A model generated the notes under the pieces. The model was not told the origin of the DNA and ran no database searches. It saw only the letters and a list, made by a program, of their open reading frames with translations. The position numbers and the translations under genes are program-made. From Intrasporangium sp. (GTDB taxonomy: Bacteria; Actinomycetota; Actinomycetes; Actinomycetales; Dermatophilaceae), in assembly GCF_035688975.1 (NCBI RefSeq), contig NZ_DASSMH010000115.1, positions 41,253 through 105,252 on the forward strand: 64,000 nucleotides of DNA, read 5' to 3'. Positions 51,066 through 60,835 of the stretch are shown piece after piece. Each line of letters begins with the position of its first letter. Position 1 is the first letter of the stretch.

Positions 51066-52412
51066 ATGCTGTTCCTGGTCGGGGTCCTCGTCATCGTCAT
51101 CGGTGTGGCGCTGAGCATCGCGCTGCACGAGATCGGTCACCTCGTCCCGGCCAAGAGGTTCGGCGTCAGGGTGAGCCAGTACATGGTCGGCTTCGGCCCA
51201 ACCGTGTGGTCCCGGCGGCGCGGCGAGACGGAATACGGCATCAAGGCGATCCCACTCGGCGGCTACGTCCGGATGATCGGCATGCTGCCGCCTCGCCCGG
51301 GGGACGAGCCGGGACGGCTGCGCACCCTCTCGACGGGCCGCTTCAGCCAGCTCGTCGACCAGGCGCGCGCCGACTCCATGGAGGAGGTGCGGCCGGGCGA
51401 CGAGGACCGGGTCTTCTACAAGCTGGCCTGGTGGAAGAAGGTCGTCGTGATGATGGGCGGGCCGCTAATGAACCTGCTCATCGCGGCCGTGCTCCTCACC
51501 GGAACGATCACGCTCTACGGGCTGCCCACCGTGGTGCCCACGATCGGCGCCGTCTCCACCTGCGTCCCGACCGCCGCGCCGACCATGACCGCTCCCCTTC
51601 CCGCTTGCCAGCCGGGGGATCCCGTGTCGCCCAGCCAGCAGTCCGGCCTGCAGCCGGGCGACCGGGTCCTTAGCATCGACGGGCGGCCGGTGACGACGTG
51701 GGACCAGGTGACGGCCGCGATCCGCCGCAGCATGGGGACGCCGCTTCGCCTCGAGGTCCAGCGTGGCGGCGCCCGCCAGGCGCTGACGCTGACCCCCGCC
51801 GCCATCGAGCGGCCCACCTACGACAGCCAGGGCAACCCCGTCGTCCAGGACGGCAAGCTCGTGCTGCAGCGCGTCGGCTTCGCCGGTGTGGTGCCGCGGC
51901 GGGAGATCGTCAAGGCGCCCCTGTCCGACGCGCCGAGGTTCGTCTGGGACCGCACCCTCGACACGGCGGCGATCATCGTGAGGATCCCCGAGAAGATGGT
52001 CGGCGTCGTGCAGGCGGCCTTCGGCTCCGGGGATCGCGACCCCAACGGCCCCATCTCCGTCGTCGGCGTCGGCCGGATCGGCGGCGAGGTGGCGGCCCTC
52101 GACGTCCCCGCCGATGCGGGCGGCAACTGGGCCAAGCTCGCGCAGCTCGTGCTGCTCATCGCCTCGCTCAACCTCGCGCTCTTCGTCTTCAACCTGGTGC
52201 CGCTGCTGCCGCTCGACGGCGGCCACGTGGCCGGGGCGCTCTGGGAGGCGGTCAAGAAGGGCTGGGCCCGGCTGCGACGCCGACCCGACCCCGGCTACGT
52301 CGACGTCGCCAAGGGCCTGCCCATCGCGTACACGATGTCGATGGTGCTCATCGCCATGTCGGTGCTGCTCATCTACGCCGACATCGTCAAGCCGATCAGG
52401 CTCTTCGGCTGA
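51066..52412 (+). CDS. rseP: Site-2 (M50) intramembrane zinc metalloprotease, RseP/Rip1-like, with a PDZ domain
   Basis: HEIGHLVPAK (HExxH), a PDZ-like segment (GLQPGDRVLSIDGRPV) and C-terminal NLVPLLPLDGGH. Confidence 0.92.
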   Translation: MLFLVGVLVIVIGVALSIALHEIGHLVPAKRFGVRVSQYMVGFGPTVWSRRRGETEYGIKAIPLGGYVRMIGMLPPRPGDEPGRLRTLSTGRFSQLVDQARADSMEEVRPGDEDRVFYKLAWWKKVVVMMGGPLMNLLIAAVLLTGTITLYGLPTVVPTIGAVSTCVPTAAPTMTAPLPACQPGDPVSPSQQSGLQPGDRVLSIDGRPVTTWDQVTAAIRRSMGTPLRLEVQRGGARQALTLTPAAIERPTYDSQGNPVVQDGKLVLQRVGFAGVVPRREIVKAPLSDAPRFVWDRTLDTAAIIVRIPEKMVGVVQAAFGSGDRDPNGPISVVGVGRIGGEVAALDVPADAGGNWAKLAQLVLLIASLNLALFVFNLVPLLPLDGGHVAGALWEAVKKGWARLRRRPDPGYVDVAKGLPIAYTMSMVLIAMSVLLIYADIVKPIRLFG

Positions 52413-52475
52413 CGGCTGACGGTCGGGGAATACCTCGAATCCGGGGTGGCGACGGGGGCGGGGGATAATGACGCC

Positions 52476-53636
52476 ATGACGGTCTCCCTCGGCATGCCCT
52501 CGGCTCCCGCTCCGGTCCTTGCCCCGCGTCGCAAGACGCGCCAGATCAAGGTCGGCAAGGTCGGTGTCGGCAGCGAGTCGCCGATCTCCGTGCAGTCGAT
52601 GACGACGACGCCCACGACCGACATCAACGCCACGCTCCAGCAGATCGCCGAGCTCACCGCATCCGGCTGCGACATCGTTCGGGTCGCGTGCCCGAGCCAG
52701 GACGACGCCGACGCCCTGCCGGCCATCGCCCGCAAGAGCCAGATCCCCGTCATCGCCGACATCCACTTCCAGCCCAAGTACGTCTTCGCCGCCATCGACG
52801 CCGGGTGCGCGGGGGTGCGGGTCAACCCCGGCAACATCCGCCAGTTCGACGACCAGGTCAAGGAGATCGCGCGCGCCGCCAAGGACGCCGGGGTCTCGAT
52901 CCGCATCGGCGTCAATGCCGGCTCGCTCGACCGGCGCCTCCTCGCCAAGTACGGCAAGGCCACGCCCGAGGCCCTCGTCGAGTCGGCGGTCTGGGAGGCG
53001 AGCCTCTTCGAGGAGCACGACTTCCACGACTTCAAGATCTCGGTCAAGCACAACGACCCCGTCATCATGGTGCGTGCCTACGAGCTGCTGGCCGAGCGGG
53101 GGGACTGGCCACTGCATCTCGGCGTCACCGAGGCCGGGCCGGCCTTCCAGGGCACCATCAAGTCGGCCACCGCGTTCGGTGCGCTGCTCTCGCGGGGCAT
53201 CGGCGACACCATTCGCGTGTCCCTCTCGGCCCCGCCGGTCGAAGAGGTCAAGGTCGGCAACCAGATCCTGCAGAGCCTCGGCCTCAAGCCGCGCAAGCTC
53301 GAGATCGTCTCGTGCCCGTCCTGCGGCCGTGCGCAGGTCGACGTCTACACGCTCGCCGACCAGGTGACGGCGGGTCTCGAGGGGCTGACCGTGCCGCTTC
53401 GGGTGGCGGTCATGGGCTGCGTCGTCAACGGACCGGGGGAGGCCCGGGAGGCCGATCTCGGCGTCGCCTCGGGCAACGGCAAGGGCCAGATCTTCGTCAA
53501 GGGTGAGGTGGTCAAGACCGTCCCCGAGAGCCAGATCGTGGAGACGCTCATCGAGGAGGCGCAGCGGATCGCCGAGGAGATGGGCGAGCCCGTCGACGAG
53601 GCGTCGGCCGGCTCCCCGAGCGTCACCGTCGGCTGA
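52476..53636 (+). CDS. ispG: 4-hydroxy-3-methylbut-2-en-1-yl diphosphate synthase
   Basis: [36 protein letters not shown] and SCPSCGR...[13 protein letters not shown] 52446 is an alternative start. Confidence 0.94.
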   Translation: MTVSLGMPSAPAPVLAPRRKTRQIKVGKVGVGSESPISVQSMTTTPTTDINATLQQIAELTASGCDIVRVACPSQDDADALPAIARKSQIPVIADIHFQPKYVFAAIDAGCAGVRVNPGNIRQFDDQVKEIARAAKDAGVSIRIGVNAGSLDRRLLAKYGKATPEALVESAVWEASLFEEHDFHDFKISVKHNDPVIMVRAYELLAERGDWPLHLGVTEAGPAFQGTIKSATAFGALLSRGIGDTIRVSLSAPPVEEVKVGNQILQSLGLKPRKLEIVSCPSCGRAQVDVYTLADQVTAGLEGLTVPLRVAVMGCVVNGPGEAREADLGVASGNGKGQIFVKGEVVKTVPESQIVETLIEEAQRIAEEMGEPVDEASAGSPSVTVG

Positions 53637-53657
53637 CCCTCCGGCTCGGGAGCGGCC

Positions 53658-55610
53658 TCACGGTCGGGGGACGAGCAGGTCGTCGAGGGACACGGCGACC
53701 GGCGCGTTCGTGACCGTCGTCGGCAGGTACGGTGCCACACCGACGGCCCCGGCTGTCTGCAGGCTGGCTGTGCTGTCCGTCGCCGACCTGGTCCAGGCGG
53801 CCGGCTCGGGGCTGCCCTGCGGCCACACCTTGGCGCGAAGCGTCGTCGGCGACGTGCCGGCGACCTCCATCCGCACCGCCAGCCTCGTGTTCGGCGAGTA
53901 GACGACGCCGGGCAGCGCGACGGCCGGTTGCAGCGTCGCCTCCACGCCACCGCTGAACCGCGTCAGCGCCACCGAGACCGCGCCACTCGCGGCCACGCTC
54001 ACCTTGGCACGATACGTGCCGACCGACGGCACCCACCGGCCGAGGACGCTGACCACGGCGGTGCCGCCGGTCGGCACCTTGTCCAGGCCGATGGTCGCGG
54101 TCACGGCGGCCGTCGTGGTGGAGACCTGCTTGAGCACGGCACTCGGCCCGCTGCCTGCCGTGAGGCGGACGACGCCCAGCGAGCCGTCGACGGCGAAGGC
54201 GGAGGAGGTGCCGGTGAGCGTCCACGGACCGCCCACGTCCGCGGAGCCCCAGCCGCCCGCCACCGTGCGGCCGAAGGAGTCGGCGGCCAGAGCGGTGGGG
54301 GCGGGGGGCGGCACGGTCACCGTGACCGGCCGGCTCGACACGCCGCTCGCCCCGGCGCTGTCCTGCACGGTGAGGGTGACGGTGTAGGTGCCGGCGGCAG
54401 GGAAGGTGTGGGCCACCGTGACACCGGTGCCCGGCGCCGACCCGTCCCCGAAGTCCCACGAGTAGCCCTGCACGGGGCCCTCGGCATCCGAGGAGGCGGA
54501 GGCGTCGAAGGCGCACGCGAGGTCGGTGCAGCTCGCGGAGAAGACCGCGGTGGGCGGCTGGTCCTCCCCGGGCAGGGGGTCGCGCAGGACGAACGAGTCG
54601 GTGAAGGTGCTCGTGCCGACGGGGAGGAACTGTGCGCTCAGCGAGCTCGCCGTCGCGGAGAGGCTGAGCACCCCGAACGGCCCACCCTGGTTCAGCCCCG
54701 CATACGTCGCGAAGTACGGCGCCTCCGGGTCGGCCGGGGACGCGTCGCGCAGCGCGACGCCGCCGGTCCCCACGGTCGCGAACACGGTCCCGGCCCCGCG
54801 CATCATGGTGGCGTCGCCGTCCGCGACGCAGTCCGGGTCGAACGTGCCGGGAACGATGCCGGGGCAGGCCGCGCCCAGCCGCAGCTGGTGGGTCCGCTGG
54901 TAGAGGTGCTCGTGGCCGTTGAGGACGAGGTCGACGCGCTTGTCGACGAGCAGGTTGGTGATGTCGGTGTTGCCGCCGCAGGTGTACTGGCCGACCGAGA
55001 TGCACGGCTTGTGCAGGCCGACGACCACCCAGCGCACGCCCTTGGCGCGGGCGGCGTCGATCGCGTTGGCCGTCCACGCATACCTGGCGGTGCCGGCGGC
55101 ATACGACCACGTGCCGTCAGGGAAGGTCAGGTCCGGGGAGATCCCGATGAAGCGGACGAGCGGGTTGGTCTCGGGGACGTCGGCATACCACTGCCGTCCG
55201 TAGGTGCCCACCAGCCCGGGCAGCTGGTTGGGCAGGCACGCGGAGAAGTCGTTGATGTTCCCGTTCATCCCCCCGCTCTCGTGGCTGCCGGCGATGAGCT
55301 CGAAGGGGAACCCCGCGCCGACCTTGGAGACCACGAGGTCGCACCAGGCCGACTCCTGGCCCGTGACGCCGTACGACAGGTCCCCGAGGGCGAGGTTGAG
55401 GTCCGGCGCCGTCTCGGCCACCTTGTCGAGGACGAGCTGAGTCTGGGGACTGTTGGCGTAGTCCCCGGCAGCCGTGAAGTGCACCTCGCCCGGCACGGCG
55501 ACGGCCGCCTCTGCGGTGGCGGGACCAGATCCCCCCGAGCCGAGCAGACCGGGGAGGCCGGCGAGGAGGGCGGCGGCGGCGACGGCGGCGACGGTGGCTC
55601 GACCACGCAT
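53658..55610 (-). CDS. Secreted metallophosphoesterase with a PKD domain and a C-terminal beta-sandwich (LamG-like) domain
   Basis: Signal peptide MRGRATVAAVAAAALLAG. Motifs GDY/GDLSY/GSHE/GHEHLYQR. PKD-like YSWDFGDGS...TYTVTLTVQD. About 220 aa of C-terminal domain of unknown function. Confidence 0.8.
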   Translation of the reverse strand: MRGRATVAAVAAAALLAGLPGLLGSGGSGPATAEAAVAVPGEVHFTAAGDYANSPQTQLVLDKVAETAPDLNLALGDLSYGVTGQESAWCDLVVSKVGAGFPFELIAGSHESGGMNGNINDFSACLPNQLPGLVGTYGRQWYADVPETNPLVRFIGISPDLTFPDGTWSYAAGTARYAWTANAIDAARAKGVRWVVVGLHKPCISVGQYTCGGNTDITNLLVDKRVDLVLNGHEHLYQRTHQLRLGAACPGIVPGTFDPDCVADGDATMMRGAGTVFATVGTGGVALRDASPADPEAPYFATYAGLNQGGPFGVLSLSATASSLSAQFLPVGTSTFTDSFVLRDPLPGEDQPPTAVFSASCTDLACAFDASASSDAEGPVQGYSWDFGDGSAPGTGVTVAHTFPAAGTYTVTLTVQDSAGASGVSSRPVTVTVPPPAPTALAADSFGRTVAGGWGSADVGGPWTLTGTSSAFAVDGSLGVVRLTAGSGPSAVLKQVSTTTAAVTATIGLDKVPTGGTAVVSVLGRWVPSVGTYRAKVSVAASGAVSVALTRFSGGVEATLQPAVALPGVVYSPNTRLAVRMEVAGTSPTTLRAKVWPQGSPEPAAWTRSATDSTASLQTAGAVGVAPYLPTTVTNAPVAVSLDDLLVPRP

Positions 55611-55775
55611 GATGTGTGTCCCTTCCCGGGGCTCTGCGGCGTCAGAGCCGGAATCAGCGCCAGAGATACCATGCGGCCACTCGCGACCGGTAGGCATTGG
55701 CCTGGATACACGGCAGGACGCAACACCGGCCGTGCCAAGGTGGCAATCGGCGCCGTCGACCGGCAGGCTGAGAGC

Positions 55776-56621
55776 GTGCTGCGCCAACGCCTCCCCGTGC
55801 GACCGCTGACGGTGGCCGACACGGATGCCGCGCTCGCGCTGTGCGCGCGGGACCGGGTCGCCAACGTCTTCGTCGCCGCCCGCATCCTCGAGGGCTCACT
55901 CCGCTCCCAGCCCGGCGCCCTCCTCGGCCACTACCGCGACGGGGCCCTCTCGGGGCTCGCATGGATGTCGGCCAACGTCGTGCCCGTCGGGCTCGACGAC
56001 GACGCAGCGTGCGCCATCGCTGCGCGGATCAGCCGGGCGCGCCGGTCCAGTGCGTCGGTCTTCGGACCGAGCGACCAGGTGGCTCGCCTGTGGGAGCGGC
56101 TGGCGCCGACGTGGGGTCCGGTGCGGGCGATCCGCACCCGTCAACCGCTCCTCACGACCGGCACCCGACCGTCGACGCTCGGCATCCCGCTCGACCCAGG
56201 GGTGCGGCCGGCCCGTCCCGACGAGGTCGACCTCGTGCTGCCGGCGGCGGCGCACATGTTCACCGAGGAGATCGGCTACCCGCCCTACCGGGGGTCGGAC
56301 CGCGGGTACCGGTCGGGCGTGGCGGCGCTGATCCGCGCCGGCCACACCCTCGTCCGGGTCGAGGGCGGGGAGGTCGTCTTCAAGGCCGACGTGGGCTCCA
56401 TCGGGCTCGGGGCCGTGCAGGTCCAGGGGGTGTGGCTGCACCCGCGGCTGCGGGGCCGGGGCCTGGCCGTGCCGGCCATGGCCGCGACCGTCGAGATCAT
56501 CCTCGACACCCTCGCCGAAGAGGTGTCCCTCTACGTCAACGACTACAACCTCCCGGCGCGGGCCACCTACGCCCGCTGCGGCTTCCGCGAGGTGGGCTCG
56601 TTCACGACGGTCCTGCTGTGA
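55776..56621 (+). CDS. GNAT N-acetyltransferase with a DUF4081-like N-terminal domain
   Basis: ...[24 protein letters not shown]...[22 protein letters not shown]. Conserved neighbour of ispG in actinobacteria. GTG start inferred. Confidence 0.75.
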   Translation: MLRQRLPVRPLTVADTDAALALCARDRVANVFVAARILEGSLRSQPGALLGHYRDGALSGLAWMSANVVPVGLDDDAACAIAARISRARRSSASVFGPSDQVARLWERLAPTWGPVRAIRTRQPLLTTGTRPSTLGIPLDPGVRPARPDEVDLVLPAAAHMFTEEIGYPPYRGSDRGYRSGVAALIRAGHTLVRVEGGEVVFKADVGSIGLGAVQVQGVWLHPRLRGRGLAVPAMAATVEIILDTLAEEVSLYVNDYNLPARATYARCGFREVGSFTTVLL

Positions 56622-56676
56622 CGGGCGGCCCCGCTATCCTGCCGGGGTTCCGTCTCGCACCTTCCGAGGAGTCCCC

Positions 56677-58446
56677 GTGCCCCTGCGCATGTCGTCCCTG
56701 TTCCTGCGAACTCTGCGCGAGGACCCGGCCGACGCGGAGGTGCCGAGCCACCGGCTGCTCGTCCGGGCCGGGTACGTGCGGCGGGTCAGCCCCGGCATCT
56801 ACACCTGGCTCCCGCTGGGGCTGCGCGTGCTGCGCAACGTCGAGCGCATCGTCCGCGAGGAGATGGACGCCATCGGCGCCCAGGAGCTGATCTTCCCGGC
56901 CCTGCTGCCGCGGGAGCCCTACGAGACGACCGGTCGGTGGACGGAGTACGGCGAGAACCTCTTCCGCCTGACCGACCGCAAGGGCGGGGACTACCTGCTC
57001 GGGCCGACTCACGAGGAGATGTTCACGCTCGCCGTGAAGGACCTGTTCGGCTCCTACAAGGACCTGCCGCTCACGCTCTACCAGATCCAGAACAAGTACC
57101 GGGACGAGGCGCGTCCGCGCGCCGGCGTGCTGCGCGGGCGCGAGTTCGTCATGAAGGACTCGTACTCCTTCGACGTCGACGGGGCCGGGCTCGACGCGGC
57201 CTACGAGGCCCATCGCGGCGCCTACGTGCGGATCTTCGACCGCCTCGGGTTCGACTACGTCATCGTGCGCGCGATGGCCGGCGCGATGGGCGGCAGCAAG
57301 AGCGAGGAGTTCCTCGCCACGGCGGAGAACGGCGAGGACACCTACGTCCGCTCCACAGGCGGGTCGTATGCCGCCAACGTCGAGGCGGTGGTCGTGCCGC
57401 AGGCCGAGCCCGTCGACTGCTCCGCCGTGCCGGCCGCGCACGTCGAGGACACGCCTGACACGCCGACCATCGAGACGCTCGTCGCCTCGGCGAACGCGCA
57501 CCACCCACGCGCCGACGGGCGCCCCTGGACGGCGGCGGACACGCTCAAGAACGTGCTCGTCATGCTCGTGCACCCCGACGGACGCCGCGAACCGCTCGCC
57601 ATCGGGCTTCCCGGCGACCGAGAGGTCGACGTGAAGCGGCTGGAGGCCCAGGTGGCGCCGGCGGAGGTGGCGGCCTTCGAGGACAAGGACTTCGCGCGGC
57701 ATACGGGACTGGTCAAGGGCTACATCGGCCCCGGCGCGCTGGGCGAGAAGCGGCCCACCGGCATCCGCTACCTGCTCGACCCGCGGGTCGCCGTGGGGTC
57801 TGCGTGGATCACCGGCGCCGACGAGCCCGGGCGGCACGTCTTCGACCTCGTCCACGGCCGCGACTTCACGGGCGACGGCACCATCCAGGCCGCCGAGGTC
57901 CGCGACGGCGACCCGGCCCCGGACGGCAGCGGCACGCTCGTCACCGCGCGCGGCATCGAGATGGGCCACATCTTCCAGCTCGGCACGAAGTACGCCGAGG
58001 CGCTCGACCTCAAGGTGCTCGACCAGCACGGCAAGCTCGTGACGGTCACAATGGGCTCCTACGGCGTCGGGGTGTCGCGGGCGGTCGGCTGCGTCGCCGA
58101 GGGCAACCACGACGAGGCGGGGCTCATCTGGCCGCGCGAGCTCTCGCCCGTCGACGTGCACATCGTCGCGACGGGCAAGGACGAGGCGGTGCACGCCAAG
58201 GCGGAGCAGGTCGCGGCCTCCCTCGAGGCGCGGGGCGTCTCCTCGCTGCTCGACGACCGGCGGCAGGCCAGCCCGGGCGTGAAGTTCAAGGACGCGGAGC
58301 TGATCGGCGTGCCGACGATCGTCGTCGTCGGCAAGGGCCTCGCCACCGGGGTCGTCGAGATCAAGGACCGGCGCAGCGGCGAGCGGCGCGAGGTGGGAGT
58401 CGACGAGGTGGTCGAGGCGATCGTCGCGGAGGTCCGCGGCTCGTGA
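56677..58446 (+). CDS. proS: Proline--tRNA ligase (bacterial type with INS editing domain)
   Basis: [32 protein letters not shown]..., [27 protein letters not shown] and C-terminal anticodon-binding domain. ATG 56689 is an alternative start. Confidence 0.95.
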   Translation: MPLRMSSLFLRTLREDPADAEVPSHRLLVRAGYVRRVSPGIYTWLPLGLRVLRNVERIVREEMDAIGAQELIFPALLPREPYETTGRWTEYGENLFRLTDRKGGDYLLGPTHEEMFTLAVKDLFGSYKDLPLTLYQIQNKYRDEARPRAGVLRGREFVMKDSYSFDVDGAGLDAAYEAHRGAYVRIFDRLGFDYVIVRAMAGAMGGSKSEEFLATAENGEDTYVRSTGGSYAANVEAVVVPQAEPVDCSAVPAAHVEDTPDTPTIETLVASANAHHPRADGRPWTAADTLKNVLVMLVHPDGRREPLAIGLPGDREVDVKRLEAQVAPAEVAAFEDKDFARHTGLVKGYIGPGALGEKRPTGIRYLLDPRVAVGSAWITGADEPGRHVFDLVHGRDFTGDGTIQAAEVRDGDPAPDGSGTLVTARGIEMGHIFQLGTKYAEALDLKVLDQHGKLVTVTMGSYGVGVSRAVGCVAEGNHDEAGLIWPRELSPVDVHIVATGKDEAVHAKAEQVAASLEARGVSSLLDDRRQASPGVKFKDAELIGVPTIVVVGKGLATGVVEIKDRRSGERREVGVDEVVEAIVAEVRGS

Positions 58447-58459
58447 CCGGCGGCCGCGG

Positions 58460-59242
58460 GTGAGCGATCCCAGCCTCACGACGCTCGCCTTCCTCGCCCT
58501 GGCCGCCTTCGCCGCCGGCTGGATCGACGCGGTGGTCGGCGGCGGCGGCCTCGTCCAGCTGCCCGCCCTGCTCGTGGGCCTGCCGGCGGCCACGCCGGCG
58601 CAGCTGCTCGCGACGAACAAGTTCGGCTCGATCTTCGGCACGGCGACCAGCGCGGTGACGTACTACCGCCGGGTGCGCCCCGACCTGCGCACCGCGCTGC
58701 CCATGGCGGCGGTCGCCTACGCCGGGTCCGTCGGCGGGGCCCTGGTCGGCCTGCACATCCCGAAGGCGGCGTTCAACCCCGTCGTCCTGGTGCTGCTCGT
58801 GGTCGTCGGCGCCTACACCCTCCTCAGGCCCGACCTCGGCCGGGAGTCCATCCGGCGCTTCCACGGCCACCAGCACGTCGGCCTGGCGATGCTCACCGGG
58901 CTGGTCATCGGCGCCTACGACGGGGCCCTCGGCCCGGGCACCGGCTCCTTCCTCGTCTTCACGCTCGTCGGCCTGCTCGGCTACAGCTTCCTCGAGTCGA
59001 GCGCCAAGGCGAAGATCGCGAACTTCGCCACCAACCTCGGCGCGCTGACGGTCTTCGCCCCGATGGGGTTGGTCCTCGTCAAGGTGGCGCTGGTCATCGC
59101 CGGGGCCAACCTCGTCGGCGGCTACGTGGGCGCGCGGACCGCCGTGGCCCGGGGCAGCGGCTTCGTCCGGGCGCTCTTCATCACCATCGTGTCCGCCTTC
59201 GTCGTGAAGATCGGCGGCAGCCTCGTCGGCTGGTGGGCCTGA
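58460..59242 (+). CDS. TSUP (TauE/SafE) family anion exporter
   Basis: 8 TM segments, including AAGWIDAVVGGGGLVQLPALL and GANLVGGYVGAR. Confidence 0.85.
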   Translation: MSDPSLTTLAFLALAAFAAGWIDAVVGGGGLVQLPALLVGLPAATPAQLLATNKFGSIFGTATSAVTYYRRVRPDLRTALPMAAVAYAGSVGGALVGLHIPKAAFNPVVLVLLVVVGAYTLLRPDLGRESIRRFHGHQHVGLAMLTGLVIGAYDGALGPGTGSFLVFTLVGLLGYSFLESSAKAKIANFATNLGALTVFAPMGLVLVKVALVIAGANLVGGYVGARTAVARGSGFVRALFITIVSAFVVKIGGSLVGWWA

Positions 59243-59255
59243 CACTGCGGTCGGG

Positions 59256-60752
59256 TCAGGCGGCCAGCACGCTGAGGAGGTGACGTTCGAGCGCGCTCGG
59301 TGGCGCGGTGGCCAGGCCCGGGACGAGGGGTGGTGCGGTCGAGGCATAGGTGTGCCCGGTGGGCGTGGTGGTCTCGACCGTATGCCGTCGGCGGGACCTT
59401 CCGATGCCGGGCGGAAGCGTGCGGGCATGCCAGCCGGGGTGCTGCTTCGCATGGTTGCACCGGACGCACAGCCCTTGACCGTTGTCCGCATGCGTGGGTC
59501 CCCCCGCGGCGTGCTCGACGACATGGTCGAGGTGGCGGATCGGGGCGTCGCACCACGGGGTCCGGCAGGTGCCGGCGTCGCGGGTGACGAGGTAGCGGCG
59601 CAGTGCGCCGTCGAAGACGCGGCGGGTGGAGTCCATCGCCACGAGCGTGCCGTCGGCGGGGTGCGTGTAGAGCCGTCGGAGCCAGGCCCGAGCCGCGGCC
59701 GACGCGGAGTCCGCTGGGGCGCTGGTCGTGAGCAGGTCGCGGGCCCAGGAGGCCGGCACGGTGCCGTAACCGGTCAGCTGGGCGGGCGTGTCGTCCCCGG
59801 CGAGCAGCGCCCGGTCCGTCATGACGAGCTGCACCTCGACCGGGACCGCCTCGGCCGTGCTCTGACCGGTGACGCGGGTGACCAGGGTGTCGGCCATGAC
59901 CTGACCCTTGGACCGCGCGTCGCCGGCGGCGCGTGCGGTGTCGGCCGCGACGGTGAGGCTGGCCTGGACCGCCACAGCCTGCGCCACGGGAAGCAACGCG
60001 GTCAGGTAGGCCATCGTGTCCGGTGCCGGGCGAGTCGTGACCCGCCGATCGGACTCGGCACGCCGGCTGCGAGCCACGACCGACGCGGCGTCGATGCGGT
60101 AGGCGATCGCCTGCACGCGCCGGACGAGCTCTCGGTCCCCGAGCGATCCCAGCCGCTCACCCTGGTCCGCCAGGGGTCCCGCGATCTGCGCGTCGACGAC
60201 GGTGCGCTGCTCCGGCGTCAGGACGGCGGTCTCACGAACGATGAGCATGGCCCTCCACTCGGTGAGCTCTCCCGCCTCGAGGGCGGCCAGGGTGTGCGGC
60301 ATCTGCCCGGTGAGGGTCAGCGCGAGGTTGAGGTGCCGGGCGCCCTGCGTGGGGGACTCTCGGCGTGCGAGCGCCACCTGGGCCGCGATGCCGGTGCCAG
60401 CTCGAGGCCCTCGCGGTCGTCGCTCGGAGCGCCCACCGCGGGGGCCGCTGACCGCCTCGTCCGGGACCGAGGCGCGACGCGCCTGGTCGCGGGCCGCACG
60501 CCATCCGTCGAAGTCGCCCCGGTCGGAACACTCCCGCGCCCGCTCGCGCCACTCGGCAGCCACCTGCTCCTGAGAGCGGACCAAGGCGGCGGTGACCCGC
60601 ACCTGCGCGGCCGCCAGCGCGGCCTTGGCGCGCTCCAGCAGTGCGAGCTGGTCGATGCGCTCACGGTCATCGACCCGGTCGTCGAGGCGCGGCAGGGCGG
60701 TGACGAGGGCCTCCAGGTCCCCCGTCGACAGCCTCCCTGCGGACTCGTTCAT
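59256..60752 (-). CDS. DUF222 / HNH endonuclease domain protein (REP13E12-like family)
   Basis: DUF222 N-terminal region. C-terminal CRTPWCDAPIRHLDHVVEHAAGGPTHADNGQGLCVRCNHAK (HNH). TATAAT at 60760-60765 (- strand) ends 7 nt before the ATG. Confidence 0.85.
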   Translation of the reverse strand: MNESAGRLSTGDLEALVTALPRLDDRVDDRERIDQLALLERAKAALAAAQVRVTAALVRSQEQVAAEWRERARECSDRGDFDGWRAARDQARRASVPDEAVSGPRGGRSERRPRGPRAGTGIAAQVALARRESPTQGARHLNLALTLTGQMPHTLAALEAGELTEWRAMLIVRETAVLTPEQRTVVDAQIAGPLADQGERLGSLGDRELVRRVQAIAYRIDAASVVARSRRAESDRRVTTRPAPDTMAYLTALLPVAQAVAVQASLTVAADTARAAGDARSKGQVMADTLVTRVTGQSTAEAVPVEVQLVMTDRALLAGDDTPAQLTGYGTVPASWARDLLTTSAPADSASAAARAWLRRLYTHPADGTLVAMDSTRRVFDGALRRYLVTRDAGTCRTPWCDAPIRHLDHVVEHAAGGPTHADNGQGLCVRCNHAKQHPGWHARTLPPGIGRSRRRHTVETTTPTGHTYASTAPPLVPGLATAPPSALERHLLSVLAA

Positions 60753-60835
60753 ATGTTCGATTATAGCGGACCGATGGCCCGCAGGGAAGCCCTCCACGCA
60801 GCCCTCACATCCGGGCCACCCGCGCCCCACAGGGA

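Noticed and set aside
56622-56676. T-box or other riboswitch upstream of proS
   Set aside because: Only 55 nt separate the GNAT stop from the proS start, too short for a T-box leader. No specifier or terminator structure was seen.
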